From the NCBI GenBank assembly GCA_030390025.1, contig CM059431.1, positions 94,242,001 to 94,306,000 of the forward strand: a stretch of DNA of 64,000 bases, in the 5' to 3' direction. The DNA is from Squalus acanthias. Its lineage: Eukaryota. Under the pieces are notes generated by a model. That model was not told the origin of the DNA, searched no databases, and saw nothing but the letters and a program-made list of their open reading frames with translations. Positions 26,649 through 40,155 of the stretch are shown piece by piece; positions within the stretch are counted from its first letter, which is position 1, and each line of letters begins with the position of its first letter. The translations under genes and the position numbers were made by a program.

Positions 26649-29600
26649 TCATAGAATCATAGAATCACAGAAAGTTACGACACGGAAGGAGGCCATTTCG
26701 GCCCATCGTGTCTGCGCCGGCCAACAAAGAGCTATCCAGCCTAATCCCACTTCCCAGCTCTTGGTCCACAGCCCTGCAGGTTAGAGCATCCCAAGTGCAC
26801 ATCCAAGTACTTTTTAAATGTGGTTGGGGTTCCTGCCTCTACCATTCTTTCAGGCAGTGAGTTCCAGACCCCCACAACCCTCTGGGTGAAGAAATTTCCC
26901 CTCAAATCCCCTCTAAACCTTCCACCAATTATTTTAAATCTGTGCCCCTGGTTTTTGACCCCTCTGCTAAGGGAAATAGGTCCTTTCTATCCACTTTATC
27001 TATGCCCCTCATAATTTTATACACCTCAATAAGGTCTCCCCTCAGCCTCCTCTGTTCCAAGGAAAACAGACCCAGCCTATCCAGTCTTTCCTCATAGATA
27101 AGATTCTCGACTCCCGGCAACATCCTTGTAAATCTCCTCTGTACCCTCTCTAGTGCAAACACATCTTTCCTGTAATGTGGTGACCAGAACTGCACGCAGT
27201 ACTCTAGCTGAGGCCTAACTGGTGTTTTTTATTCTATGCTACGGCTAATAAAGGCAAGCATTCCGTATGCCTTCTTAACCACCTTATCTACTTGGCCTGC
27301 CAGCTTCAGGGATCTGTGGACATGCACTCCAAGGTCCCTTTGTTCCTCTACACTACTCAGTGTCCTACCATTTTATGTGTATTCCCTTTCCTTGTTAGCC
27401 CTCCCCAAATGCATTACCTCAAACTTCTCCGGATTGAATTCCATTTGCCACTGTTCTGCCCACCTGGCCAATTTATTGATATCTTCCTGCAGTCTACAGC
27501 TTCCTTCTTCAGTATCAACCACACAGCCGATTTTAGTATCATCTGCAAACTTCTTAATCATACCCCTTATATTCAAGTCAAGATCGTACTTGATTCATCC
27601 GTGTCTTTCTAACTGAAGATTTATCCTGTCCTTCAGAATTCTTTCCAATAATTTTCCCACCACCGAGGTTAGGCTGACTGACCTGTAATTACTCGGTCTA
27701 TCCTTTTCTCCCTTTTTAAACAAGGGTACCACATTAGCAGTCCTCCAGTCCTCCTGCACCACACCTGAAGCCAGAGAGGATTGAAAAATGATGATCAGGG
27801 CCTCTGCTATTTCCTCTTTTGCTTCGCTTAACAGCCTGGGATACATTTCATCTGGGCCTGGGGATTTATCCACTTTTAAAGCTGCTAAACCCCTTCATAC
27901 TTCCTCTCTCTCTACGTTTATTTCATCTAATATTTAACACGCCTCCCCCCGCTGATAGCAATGTCTGCTTCGCCCCTCTCCTTTGTGAAAACAGATGAAA
28001 AGTATTCATTAAGAACCCTACTGATGTCTCCCACCTCCACACATAGATTACCCTCATGATCTCTAATAGGCCCTACCCTTTCTTTAGTTATCCTCTTACT
28101 CTTAATATATTTATAAAACATCTTTGGGTTTTCCTTTATTTCACTTGTCAAGAATTTTTCATGCTCTCTCTTTGCTTTCCTAATATCATGTTTAATTGCA
28201 CCCCTGCACTTTCTGTACTCCTCTAAAGATTCTGAAGTATTTAGCCCTCGGTGTCTGTCATACGCCTCCCTTTTTTTCTTTATCCTACCCTGCATGTCTC
28301 TAGACATCCAGGGGGTTCTATATTTGTTAGTCCCACCTTTTTTCTTTTAGAGCACATGTTTGGTCTGAACCCTCCGGATCTCCTCTTTGAATGCCTCCCA
28401 CTGCTCTGACTCTGATTTACCTTCAAGTAGCTTTTTCCAGTCCACCATGGCTAAATCCCCTCTGAGCTTAGCAAAATTTGCTTTTCCCCAATTTAGAATT
28501 TTTATTCCTGGTCTATCCTTGTCCTTTTCCATAACTACCTTATGGTCACGAGCACCAAAATGCTCCCCCACTGATACGCCTTCTACCTACCCAGCTTCAT
28601 TCCCTAAAACTAAGTCCAGAACCGCCCCCTCCCTTGTTGGGCTTGTTACATACTGGCTAAAAAAGTTCTCCTGGATGCATTTTAGGAATTCTGCACCTTC
28701 TATACCCTTCACATTAATTTTATCCCAGTTAATATTGGGGTAGTTGATATCCCCTAGTATTACTGCCCTATAGTTTTTGCACTTCTCAGAAATTTGTCTG
28801 CATATTTGTTCTTCTATCTCCCTGTCACTGTTTGGGGGTCTGCAGTACACTCCTAACAATGTGATCGCCCCTTTTTTGTTTTTCAATTCGACCCATATGG
28901 CCTCGTTTGATGATCCCCCCAACATATCATCCCTCCTCACAGCTGTAATAGTTTCTTTAATCAATACCGCGACCCCCCTCCCTTTTTATCTCCCTCTCTA
29001 TCCCGTCTGAAAATCCTGTAACCAGGAATGTTGAGCTGCCATACCTGCCCCTCTTTCAGCCACGTCTCTGTAATAGCTATAATATCATAGTCCCAAGTAT
29101 CTACCTGTGCCCTCAGCTCATCTGCCTTGTTCGCTATACTCCTTGCATTGAAGTATATACCATTTAGTACAGGCAGACCTCCTTGTTGACTACTATCTAG
29201 CCCTTGATTCCTCTGTCCTCCCAATTTACTTTCTATGTTTTGTTTTCCAATTCCAGTTTTTCTTCCCTCCCTATTGACTCTGTACTTAGGCTCCCAGCCC
29301 CCTGCCAAGCTAATTTAAACCCTCCCCAACAGCACTAGCCAACCCTCCCTCGAGGATATTGGTCCTGTTCCCGTTGAGGTGCAACCCATCTGGCTTGTAG
29401 AGGTCCCACCTCCCCCAGAAACGGTTCCAATTCCTCAGGTATCTAAAGCCCTCCCTCCTACACCATCTCTCCAGCCATGCATTCTCTGCTCTATTTTCCT
29501 ATTTCTGAACTCACTAGCATGTGGCACTGGAGATTACAACCTTTGAGGTCCTGCTTTTTAACCTCTTTCCTAGCTCCCTAAATCCAGGGAGGCAACATAC

Positions 29601-29862
29601 CATCCTGGAGTCACGTCTGCGGCCGCAGAAACGCCTGTCTGCTCCCCTAACTATTGAATCCCCTATCATTATTGCTCTCCCTCTCCTCTTCCCCCCAGCC
29701 TGTGCAGCTGAGCCTTCGATGGTGCTCTGGACTTGCCTCTAGCTGCACTCCCCAGAGGAACCATTTCCCTCATCAGTACACAGCACCGAATACTGGTTGG
29801 TGAGCAAGATGGGCTCAGGGGACTCCTGCACTACCTGCCTGGTCCTCCTCTTCTGTCTGACG
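26649..29862 (-). mobile_element. Degenerate CR1 (ORF1 remnant, endonuclease, RT with central deletion, 3' tail)
   Basis: NARSIANKADEL..ITETWL; YCRPPNS; KSPGPDEMYPRLL; FADDTK; QFWSPHYRKD; tail (ATAGAATC)n at ~26646-26668. Confidence 0.92.
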
Positions 29863-30472
29863 GTCCTTGATGCCACATTCGGTTAAATGCTGCCTTGATG
29901 TCAAGGACAGTCAATCTCACCTCACCTCTGGAATTCAGCTCCCTTGTCCATGTTTGGACCAAGGCTGTAATGAGGTTAGGAGCCGATTGGTCCTGGCAGA
30001 ACACAAACTGAGCAGCGGCGAACAGGTTATTGGTGAGTAAGTGCTGCTTGATAGCACTGTCGACGGCACCTTCCATCACTTTGCTGATGATTGAGAGTAG
30101 ACTGATGGGGAGGTAATTGGCCGGATTGGATTGGTCCTGTTTTTTGTGGACAGGACATACCTGGGCAGTTTTCCACATTGTCGGGTAGATGCCAGTGTTG
30201 TAGTTTAGCGAAAGGCGCGGCCAGTTCTGGAGCAGAAGTCTTCAGCACGACAGCTGAGATGTTTTAGGGGCCCACAGCCTTTGGGATATCCAATGCGCTC
30301 AGCCATTTCTTGATATCACGTGGAGTGAATTGAATTGGCTGAAGACTGGCTTCTGTGATGGTGGGGACCTCAGGAGGAGGCCATACTAAATCATAAGTCT
30401 AAAAGGACAAAGGATGTTATTAAAACAAGCCTAAAGGCTCTGTGTCTTAATGCAAGGAGTATCCGTAATAAG

Positions 30473-33238
30473 GTGGATGAATTGACTGTGCAAATAGATG
30501 TTAACGGATACGATGTGATTGGGATTACAGAGACGTGGCTCCAGAACAATCAAGGCTGGGAACTGAACATCCAGAGGTATTCAACATTCAGAAAGGATAG
30601 AATAAAAGGAAAAGGGGGTGGGGTAGCATTGCTGGTTAAAGAGGAGATTAATGCAATAGCTAGGAAGGACATCAGCTTGGAGGATGTGGAATCAATATGG
30701 GTTGAGCTGCAGAACACCAAAGGGCAGAAAACGTTAGTGGGAGTTGTGTACAGACCTCCAAACAGCAGTAGTGAGGTGGGGGAGGGTATGAAGCAGGAAA
30801 TCAGAGGTGCGTGCAAAAAAGGCACGGCAGTTATCATGGGTGACTTTAATATGCATATAGATTGGGCTACTCAAACTGGAAGCAATACGGTGGAGGAGGA
30901 TTTCCTGGAGTGTTTAAGGGATGGTTTCCTAAACCAATATGTTGAGGAACCAACTAGAGGGGAGGCCATCCTGGACTGGGTGTTGTGTAATGAGGAAGGA
31001 CTAATCAGCAATCTTGTGGTACGAGGCCCCCTGGGGAAGAGTGACCATAGTATGGTGGAGTTCTACATTAGGATGGAGAAGGAAACAGTTAAGTCAGAGA
31101 CCATGGTCCAGAACTTAAATAAGGGCAACTTTGAGGGTATGAGGCGTGAATTGGCGAGGTTAAATTGGCAAGCGATATTTAAGGGGCTATCAGTGGAAGG
31201 GCAATGGCAGACATTTAGAGATCGCATGGATGAACTACAACAATTGTACATCCCGGTCTGGCGTAAAAATAAAAAAGGGAAGGTGGCTCAACCATGGCTA
31301 ACAAGGGAAATCAGGGATAGTATTAAAACCAAGGAAGTTGCATACAAATTGGCCAGAAGTTGCAGCAAACCCGGGGACTGGGAGAACTTTAAAACTCAGC
31401 AGAGGAGGACGAAGGGTTTGATTAGGGCAGGGAAAATAAAATATGAAAGGAAGCTTGCAGAGAACATTAAAATGGACTGCAAAAGCTTCTATAAATATGT
31501 AAAAAGAAAGAGGTTAGTAAAAACAAACGTAGGTCCCCTGCAGTCGGAAACAGGGGAAGTCGTAATGGGGAACAAGGAAATGGCAGATCAATTAAACAAA
31601 TACTTTGGTTCGGTGTTTACTGTGGAGGACACACACAACCTGCCGGAAATAAAAGGGGTCAGAGGATCTGGTAAGAGGGAGGAGCTGAGGGAAATCCTTA
31701 TTAGTCGGGAAAAGGTATTGGGGAAATTGATGGGACTGAAGGCTGAAAAATCCCCGGGGCCTGATGGTCTGCATCCCAGAGTACTTAAGGAGGTGGCCTT
31801 GGAAATAGTGGATGCATTGACGATCATTTTCCAACATTCCTTAGACTCTGGATCAGTTCCGATGGAGTGGAGGGTGGCCAATGTAACCCCTCTTTTTAAG
31901 AAAGGAGGGAGGGAGAAAACAGGGAATTATAGACCGGTCAGCCTGACATCGGTCATGGGTAAAATGATGGAAGCAATTATTAAAGATGTCATAACAGACC
32001 ATTTGGAAAGTGGCGACATGATAGGTCCAAGTCAGCATGGATTTGTGAAAGGGAAATCATGCTTGACAAATCTTCTGGAATTTTTTGAGGATGTTTCCAA
32101 TAGGGTGGACAGGGGGGAACCAGTAGATGTGGTGTATTTGGACTTTCAGAAGGCCTTCGACAAGGTTCCACACAAGAGATTGGTGAGCAAAGTTAAAGCA
32201 CATGGGATTGGGGGTAATGTGTTGACGTGGATTGAGAACTGGTTGGCACACAGGAAACAAAGAGTAGGAGTAAATGGGTACTTTTCAGAATGGCAGGCAG
32301 TGACCAGCGGGGTACCGCAGGGTTCGGTGCTGGGACCCCAGCTGTTTACATTATATATTAATGATTTGGACGAAGGGATTAAATGTAATATCTCCAAATT
32401 TGCGGATGACACTAAATTGGGAGGCAGTGTGAACAATGAGGAGGATGCTAGGAGGCTACAGAGTGACTTGGACAGGTTGGGTGAATGGGCAAATGTATGG
32501 CAGATGAAGTACAATGTGGATAAATGTGAGGTTATCCACTTTGGTGGTAAAAATAGGGAGGCAGACTATTACCTGAATGGTGGCAGATTAGGGAAAGGGG
32601 AGGCGCAACGAGACCTGGGCGTCATGGTACATCAGTCACTGAAGGTGGGAATGCAAGTGCAGCAGGCAGTCAAGAAAGCAAACGGAATGATGGCCTTCAT
32701 AGTAAGGGGATTTGAGTACAGGAGTAGGGAGGTGATGCTGCAGTTGTACAGGGCCTTGGTGAGGCCACACCTGGAGTATTGTGTGCAGTTTTGGTCTCCT
32801 AACTTAAGGAAGGACATTCTTGCTATTGAGGGAGTGCAGCGAAGGTTCACTAGATTGATTCCTGGGATGGCCGGTCTGACATATCAAGAAAGATTGGGTC
32901 AACTGAACTTGTATCCTCTGGAGTTCAGAAGAATGAGGGGGGATCTTATAGAGACATTTAAAATCCTGACTGGTTTAGACAAATTAGATGCGGGCAGAAT
33001 GTTCCCAATGTTAGGGAAAACTAGAACCAGGGGTCACAGTCTAAGGATTAAGGGGAAGCCATTTAAGACTGAGCTGAGGAGGAACTTCTTCACCCAGAGA
33101 GTGGTGAATCTATGGAATTCTCTTCCACAGAAGGTTGTTGAGGCCAGTTCGCTAAATATATTCAAAAGGGAGTTAGATATAACACTCACAACTAGGGGGA
33201 TCAAGAGGTATGGCGAGAAAGCAGGAATGGGGTACTGA
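30473..33238 (+). CDS. CR1 LINE ORF2 (APE endonuclease + reverse transcriptase), uninterrupted, within a 5'-truncated insertion ~30384-33337
   Basis: 921 aa without stops; GITETWL, MGDFN, SDH, YRPVSLTS, LDFQKAFDKV, GVPQGSVLGP, FADDTK; tail TTCTATGTTTCTATGTTTCTAT. Confidence 0.97.
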   Translation: MDELTVQIDVNGYDVIGITETWLQNNQGWELNIQRYSTFRKDRIKGKGGGVALLVKEEINAIARKDISLEDVESIWVELQNTKGQKTLVGVVYRPPNSSSEVGEGMKQEIRGACKKGTAVIMGDFNMHIDWATQTGSNTVEEDFLECLRDGFLNQYVEEPTRGEAILDWVLCNEEGLISNLVVRGPLGKSDHSMVEFYIRMEKETVKSETMVQNLNKGNFEGMRRELARLNWQAIFKGLSVEGQWQTFRDRMDELQQLYIPVWRKNKKGKVAQPWLTREIRDSIKTKEVAYKLARSCSKPGDWENFKTQQRRTKGLIRAGKIKYERKLAENIKMDCKSFYKYVKRKRLVKTNVGPLQSETGEVVMGNKEMADQLNKYFGSVFTVEDTHNLPEIKGVRGSGKREELREILISREKVLGKLMGLKAEKSPGPDGLHPRVLKEVALEIVDALTIIFQHSLDSGSVPMEWRVANVTPLFKKGGREKTGNYRPVSLTSVMGKMMEAIIKDVITDHLESGDMIGPSQHGFVKGKSCLTNLLEFFEDVSNRVDRGEPVDVVYLDFQKAFDKVPHKRLVSKVKAHGIGGNVLTWIENWLAHRKQRVGVNGYFSEWQAVTSGVPQGSVLGPQLFTLYINDLDEGIKCNISKFADDTKLGGSVNNEEDARRLQSDLDRLGEWANVWQMKYNVDKCEVIHFGGKNREADYYLNGGRLGKGEAQRDLGVMVHQSLKVGMQVQQAVKKANGMMAFIVRGFEYRSREVMLQLYRALVRPHLEYCVQFWSPNLRKDILAIEGVQRRFTRLIPGMAGLTYQERLGQLNLYPLEFRRMRGDLIETFKILTGLDKLDAGRMFPMLGKTRTRGHSLRIKGKPFKTELRRNFFTQRVVNLWNSLPQKVVEASSLNIFKRELDITLTTRGIKRYGEKAGMGY

Positions 33239-34821
33239 GGTAGCATGTTCAGCCATGAACGCATTGAATGGCGGTGCAGGCTCGAAGGACCGAATGGTCT
33301 ACTCCTGTACCTATTTTCTATGTTTCTATGTTTCTATATGGATCATCCACTCGGCACTTCTGGCTGAAAATGTTTGCAAATGCTTCAGCCTTGTCTTTTG
33401 CACTTGTGTGCTGGGCTCCACCATCATTGAGGATGGGGATATTCTTGGAGCCTCCTCCTCCCATCAGTTGTTTAGTGGTCCATGACCATTCACGACTGGA
33501 TGTGGCAGGACTGCAGAGCTTTGATCTGATCCGTTGATTGTGGGATCGCTTAGCCCTGTCTATAGCATGCTGCTTCTGTTGTTTAGCATGCATATAGTCC
33601 TGTGTTGCAGCTCCCCAGGCTGGCACCTCATTTTTAGGTACGCCTGGTGCTGCTCCTGGCATGCTCTTCTGCACTCATTGTTGAACCAGGGTTGGTCGCC
33701 TGGCTTGGTGGTAATGGTAGAGTGAGGGATATGCCGGGCAATGAGGTTACAGATTGTGATGGAATACAATTCTGCTGCTGCTGTTGGCCCACAGCATCTC
33801 ATGGATGCCCAGTTTTGAGCTCCTAGATCTGTTCTGAATCTATCTGATTTCGCATGGTGGTAGTGCCACACAACACGATGGAGAGTGTCCTCAGTGTAAA
33901 GACAGGACTTCGTCTCCACAAGGACTGTGTGATGGACACTGCTACCAATACTGTCATAGACAGATGCATCTGCGACAGGTACTTTGGCGAGGATGGTATT
34001 CCCTCGTGTTGGTTCTCTCACCACCTGCCACAAGTGCAGTCTAGCACCTATGTCCTTCAGGACTCGGCCAGCTCGGTCAGTAGTGCTGCTACCGAGCCAC
34101 TCTTGATGGTGGACATTGAAGTCACCCACCCAGAGTACATTCTGTGCCCTTTCTACTCTCAGTACTTCTTCCAAGTGGTGGTCAACATGGAGGAGTACTG
34201 ATTCATCAGCTGAGGGAGGGCAGTAAGTAACAATCAGCAGGAAGTTTCCTTGCCCATGTTTGACCTGAAGCCATGAAACTTCAATGCCACTCCCTCCCGA
34301 CTGTATACCAGTGTGCCACCACCTCTGGTGGGTCTGTTCTGCCGGTGGAACAGGACATACCCAGGGATGGTAATGGAGAAGTCTGGAATTTTGGCTAAAA
34401 GGTATGATTCTGTGAGTATGACTATGTCAGGCTGCTGCTTGACTAGTCTGTGGGACAGCTCTCCCAATTTTGGCACAAGTCCCCAGATATTAGTGAGGAG
34501 GACTTTGCAGGGTCGACTGGGCTGGGTGTTTCTTTTTCTTTTCTGAAGCCGGTGCTGAGGTCAATGCCGGGTGGTCCGTCCGGTTTTATTCTTATTATTG
34601 TTTCCTATAGTGGTTTGTTACAACTGAGTGACTTGCTAGGCCATTTCAGAGGGCAGTTAAGAGTCAACCGCATTGCTGTGGCTCTGGAGTCACATATAGG
34701 CCAGACCAGGTAAAGACAGCAGATTTCCTTCCCTGAAGGACATCAGTGAACCAGATGGGTTTTTACGACAATCCGGTAGTTTCATGGTCACCATTACTGA
34801 TACTAGCTTTTTAGTCCAGAT

Positions 34822-35870
34822 TGTAGCAAGACTTCCTTACTCATGTACTCTAACCCCCTTGCAATAAAGGTCCACATGCCATTTGCCTTCCTATTTGCTT
34901 GCTGTACCTGCATGCTAAGTCTCTGTTTCTTGTATGAGGACACCTAAATCTCTCAACACCAACATTTAATAGTTTCTCACCATTTAAAAATATTCTGTTT
35001 TCCTATTCTTCCTACCAAAGTGAATAACCTCACATTTCCCCACACTATATTCGATCTGCCACCTTATTGCCCACTCACTTAACTGGTCTATATCCTTTTG
35101 CAGGCTCTTTGTGTTCTCCTCACAGCTTACTTTCCCACCTAGCTTTGTATCATCAGCAAACTTGGACACATTATACTCGGTCCCTTCATCTAAGTCATTA
35201 ATATAGATTATAAATAGCTGAGGCCCAAGCACTGATCCTTGCGGCACCCCACTAGTTACAGCCTGCCAACCTGAAAATGACCCATTTTTCCCTACTCTCT
35301 GTTTTCTGTCCAGTAACCAATCCTCTATCCATGCTAATACATTACCCCAACCCCATGAGCTCTTATTTTGCGTAACAACCTTTTATGTGGTACCTTATCA
35401 AATGCCTTTTGGAAATCCAAATATGTTACATCCACTGGTTCCCCTTTATCTACTCTGCTAGTTACATCCTCAAAAAACTCTAATAAATTTGTCAAACACG
35501 ATTTCCCTTTCATAAAACCATGTTGACTCTGCCTAATCACATTATGATTTTCTAAGTGCCCTGTTACCACTTCCTCAATAATGGATTCCAGCATTTTCCC
35601 GATGACTGATGTCAGGCTAACTGGCCTGTAGTTCCGTGTTTTCTCTCTCCTTCCTTTCTTGAATAGGACAGTTACGTTTGCTACCTTACAATTCGCTGGG
35701 ACCGTTCAGAATCGAGGGAATTTTGGAAGATCACAACCAATGCATCCACTATCTCTGCAGCCACCTCTTTTAGAACCCTAGGATGTAGGCCATCAGGTCC
35801 AGGGGAGTTGTCAGCTTTTAGTCCCATTAGTTTCTCAAGTACTTTTACTCTACTGATAGTAATTACTTTA
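34822..35870 (-). mobile_element. CR1 RT fragment
   Basis: GLHPRVLKEVA, SQHGFMKGKSCLTNL, PQGSVLGPQLF, FADDTK in broken frames. Confidence 0.9.
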
Positions 35871-35874
35871 AGAC

Positions 35875-38800
35875 TCACTGGGAGCAGCAGCGAGAGCGGC
35901 CCTGGGTGGAGACTGAGCGCAGAGACCAAGGATTTAAAGTGCGGGGGAGAGAGAGAGAGAGACTCCAGGAATGTATGTTGCCTCCCTAGTGCGAGGGTCA
36001 AGGATGTCACCGAGCGGCTGCAGAACATTCTGAGGGGGAGCGTGAACAGCCAGAGGTCGTGGTCCATATTGGTATCAACGACACAGGTAGAAAGAGGGAT
36101 GAGGTCCTGCAGGCAGATTTTAGGGAGCTAGGAAAGAGATTAAAAAGCAGGGCCTCAAAGGTAGCAATCTCCGGATTACTCCCAGTGCCACGTGCGAGTG
36201 AGTATAGAAATAAGGAGGACAGAGTAGATGAATGCATGGCTGGAGAGATGGTGCAGGAGGCCGGTTCTGGGGGAAGTGGGACCTGTACAGGCTGGACAGG
36301 CTGCACCTCAACAGAGCCAGTACCAATATCCTCGTGGGGAGGTTTGCTAGTGCTGTTGGGGAGGGTTTAAATTAATTTGGCAGTGGGAGTAATGTAGCAT
36401 TAGAAAGGGGAAATAAAGTGCTCAAAGGATTAGGAGAGGCAGAGAGCACTAAAGTAAGAAATAGTAAGGTATTAGGTAGGGTCCAGCTAAGAGAGAGCAC
36501 AGGATGGTCTAAGATAGGTTCACAGTGTATGTATGTGAATGCACAAAGTGCAGTAAACAAGGTAAGTGAGTGCAGGCACAAATAGCCACATGGGAATATG
36601 ATGTTGTGGCAATAACTGAGACCTGGCTCAAAAAAAGGCAGGAATAGGTTATTAAATATATCTGGTAATAAGGTGTTCAGGAAAGATAGGGAGGGAAAGA
36701 TAGGAGGTGGTGTGGCAGTATTAGTTAAGGAGAATGTTACAGTGCTGGAGAGGGGGGATGTCCTGGAGGGGTCAAGGACAGGATCTATATGGCTAGAGTT
36801 AAGAAATAATAGAGGTGCCTTTACACTACTAGGTGTATTCTATAGACCACTAAATAGTGGGAAGGATATGGAGGAGCAAATTTGCAGAGAAATTACAGAG
36901 AGGTGCAAGAACTATAGAGTAGTGATAATGGGGGACTTCAACTATCCTAATATAGACTGGGATCGTATAGTGTTAAGGGCAGAGAGGGGGAAGAACTTCT
37001 GAAGTGTGTACAGGATAACTTTCTTGGTCAGTATGTTTCCAGCACGACGAGGGAGGAAGCATTGCTGGATCTGGTTCTGGGGGATGAGGTAGGTCAAGTG
37101 GAGCAAGTGTCAGTAGGTGAACATTTAGGGAACAATGCCCATAATATCATAAGGTTTACATTAGCTATGGAAAAGGACAGGAAGCAACATAGAGTAAAAT
37201 TGTTTAACTGGGGGAAGGCCAATTTCAGTGGGATGAGAACGGATCTGGCCCTGGTAAACTTGAATCAAAGATTGGCAGGCAAAACTGTAGTGGAACAATG
37301 GGCTGCCTTTAAAAAGGAAATAGTTCAGGTACAGTTGAGGTACATTCCCACTAGGGGGAAAGGCAGGGCAACTAAAATCAGAGCTCCCTGGATGACGAAA
37401 CAGATAGAGAATATGATGAAATAGATAAAGAGCGTGTCTGACAGATGGCAGGTTGCAAATACATCTGAGAATCAGGCTATATATAAAGGTCAGAGGAGAA
37501 GTGAAAAAGAAAATAAGAGGGGCAAAGAGAGGATATGAGATTAGAATGGCAGCCAACATAAAAGGTAATCCAAAAGTCTTCTATAGGCATATAAATAGTA
37601 AAACGGTAGTAAGATGAGGGGTGGGGCCGATTAGGGACCTATGCATGGAGGCAGAAGATATAGCTGAGGTACTAAATGAGTACTTTGCATCTGTCTTCAC
37701 CATCGAAGAGGATGCTGTGAAGGAGGAGGTAGTAGAAACACTTGATAGGATAAAAATTGATAAAGAAGACGTATTTGAAAGGCTGGCTGTACTTAAAGTA
37801 GATAAATCACCAGGAGCAGATGGGATGCATCCTAGGATGCTGAGGGACTTGAGGGTGGAAATCGTGGAGGTACTGGCCATAATCTTTCAATCCTCCTTAG
37901 ATACGGGGGTGGTGCTAGAGGACTGAAGAATTGCAAATGCTACACCATTGTTCAAAAAAGGGCGTAAAGATAAACCCAACAACTGCAGGCCAGTCAGTTT
38001 AACCTCGGTAATGGGGAAGCTTTTAGAAACAGTAATCAGGGACAAAATCAACAGTTACTTGGATAGGGGTGGATTAATTAAGGAAAGCCAGCATGGATTT
38101 GTTAAAGGCAAATCATGTTTAACGAACTTGATTGAGTTTTTTGATGAGATAACAGCAAGGGTTGATGAGGGTAATGCGGTTGATGTAGTGTACATTGATT
38201 TCCAAAAGGCGTTCGACAAAGTGCCAGCAAAATTGAAGCCCATGGAATAAAAGGGACAGTGGCAGCATGGATACAAAATTGGCTAAGTGACAGGAAACAG
38301 AGAGTAGTGCTGAATGGTTTTTTTCGGATTGGAGGAAGATATACAGTGGTGTTCCCCAGGGATCGGTATGAGGACCATTGCTTTTCTTGATATATATTAA
38401 TGACTTGGACATGGGTGTACAGGGCACAATTTCAAAATTTACAGATGACACAAAACTTGGAAGTACAGTGAACAGTGAGGAGGAGAGTGATAGACTTCAG
38501 GAAGACATAGACAGGCTGGTGAAATAGGCAGACATGTGGCAGATGAAATTTAATGCAGAAAAGAGTGAAGTGAAGCATTTTGGTAGAAGGAATGAGGAGA
38601 GGACATATAAACTAAATGGTACAATCCTCAAGGGGGTGCTCGAACAGAGAGACCTGAGGGTATGTGTGCATAAATCGTTGAAGGTGGCAGGGCAGGTTGA
38701 GAAAGCAGTTAAATCGGCTTATGGGATACTGGGCTTCATGAATAGAGGTATAAAGTACAAAAGTGTGGAAATTATGATGAACCTGTATACAACACTGGTT

Positions 38801-39266
38801 AGGCCCCAACTGGAGTACTGTGTCTAATTCTGGGCACCGCACTTTAGGAAGGATGTAAAGGCCTTAGAGAGGGTGCAGAAAAGATTTACAAGAATGATTC
38901 CAGGAATGAGGGACTTCAGTTACATTGATAGACTGGAGAAGCTGGGGTTGTTCTCTTTTGAGCAGAGAAGATTGAGAGGAGATTTGATAGAGGTGTTCAA
39001 AATCATGAGGGGTCTGGACAGGGTAGATAGAGAGAAACTGTTCCCATTAGCAGAAGGCTTGAGAACCAGAGGACACAGATTTAAGGTGATTGGCAAAAGA
39101 ACCAAAGGCGACGTAAGAAAAAACTTTTTTACACAGCGAGTGGTTCAGATCTGGAATGCAATGCCTGAAAGGGTGGTGGAGGCAGAATCAATTTTATCTT
39201 TCAAAAGGGAGTTGGATAAGCATGTAGGAAAAAAAATTGCAGGGCTACAGGGAAAGGGCAGGCCTA
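35875..39266 (+). mobile_element. Degenerate near-full-length CR1
   Basis: ORF1 esterase remnant (CCLPSARVKDV, VHIGINDT) followed by endonuclease and RT pieces with many stops and frameshifts. Confidence 0.92.
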
Positions 39267-40152
39267 TGTGGCTGATAATGAAAAAGAAAGCTGTAGACTG
39301 CAGGAAGATATCAATGAACTGGTCAGGTGGACAGAACAGTGGCAAATTCAATCCGGAGAAGTGAGAGTTATGCATTTGGGGAGGGCTAACAAGGAAAGGG
39401 AATACACATTAAATGGTAGGACACTAAGTAGTGTAGACGGACAAAGGAACCTTGGAGTGCAGGTCCACAGATCCCTGAAGGTAGCAGGCCAAGTAGATAA
39501 GGTGTTAAGAAGGCATACGGAATGCTTGCCTTTATTAGCCGTGGCATAGAATACAAGAGCAGTGGGGTTATGCTTCAACTGTATAAAACACTAGTTAGGC
39601 CTCAGCTAGAGTACTGCGTGCAGTTCTGGTCACCACATTACAGGAAAGATGTGATTGCACTCGAGAGGGTACAGAGGAGATTTACGAGGATGTTGCCTGG
39701 ACTGGAGAATTTTAGCTACAAGGAAAGATTAGATAGGCTGAGTTTGCTTTCTTTGGAACAGAGGAGGCTGAGGGGAGACCTTATTGAGGTGTATAAAATT
39801 ATGAGGGGCCTAGACAGAGTGGACAGGAAGGACCTATTTCCCTCAGCAGAGGGGTCAACAACCAGGGGGCACAGATTTAAAGTAATTGGTAGGAGGTTTA
39901 GAGGGAATTTGAGGGGAAATTTCTTCACCCAGAGGGTGGTGGGGGTCTGGAACTCACTGCCTGAAAGGGTGGTAGAGGCAGAGACCCTAACCACATGTAA
40001 AAAGTGCTTGGATGTGCACTTGGGATGCTCTAACCTGCAGGGCTACGGACCAAGAGCAGGAAAGTGGGATTAGGCTGGATAGCTCTTTGTCGGCCGGTGC
40101 AGACACAATGGGCCGAAATCGCCTCCTTCCGTGCTGTAAATTTCTATGATTC
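39267..40152 (+). mobile_element. CR1 3' fragment
   Basis: ORF 39522-40073 (LVRPQLEYCVQFWSP...GKWD); tail TTCTATGATTCT; same subfamily as 26649-27590. Confidence 0.92.
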
Positions 40153-40155
40153 TAA

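Larger units (their letters stand above)
24596..34815 (-). mobile_element. Degenerate L2/CR1-group LINE acting as host for nested insertions
   Basis: Pieces at 33339-34815 (endonuclease: PDIVILTES, VGDFN), 29863-30383 (RT start: PISLLS..LDIKAAFNRMWHQG), 26371-26648 (inverted, PQDSVL..MFADD), 25421-25876 and 24596-24991 (C-terminus/3' end). Confidence 0.85.

Noticed and set aside
30550..33264. Antisense ORFs overlapping CR1 ORF2
   Set aside because: Shadow frames of the LINE coding sequence.
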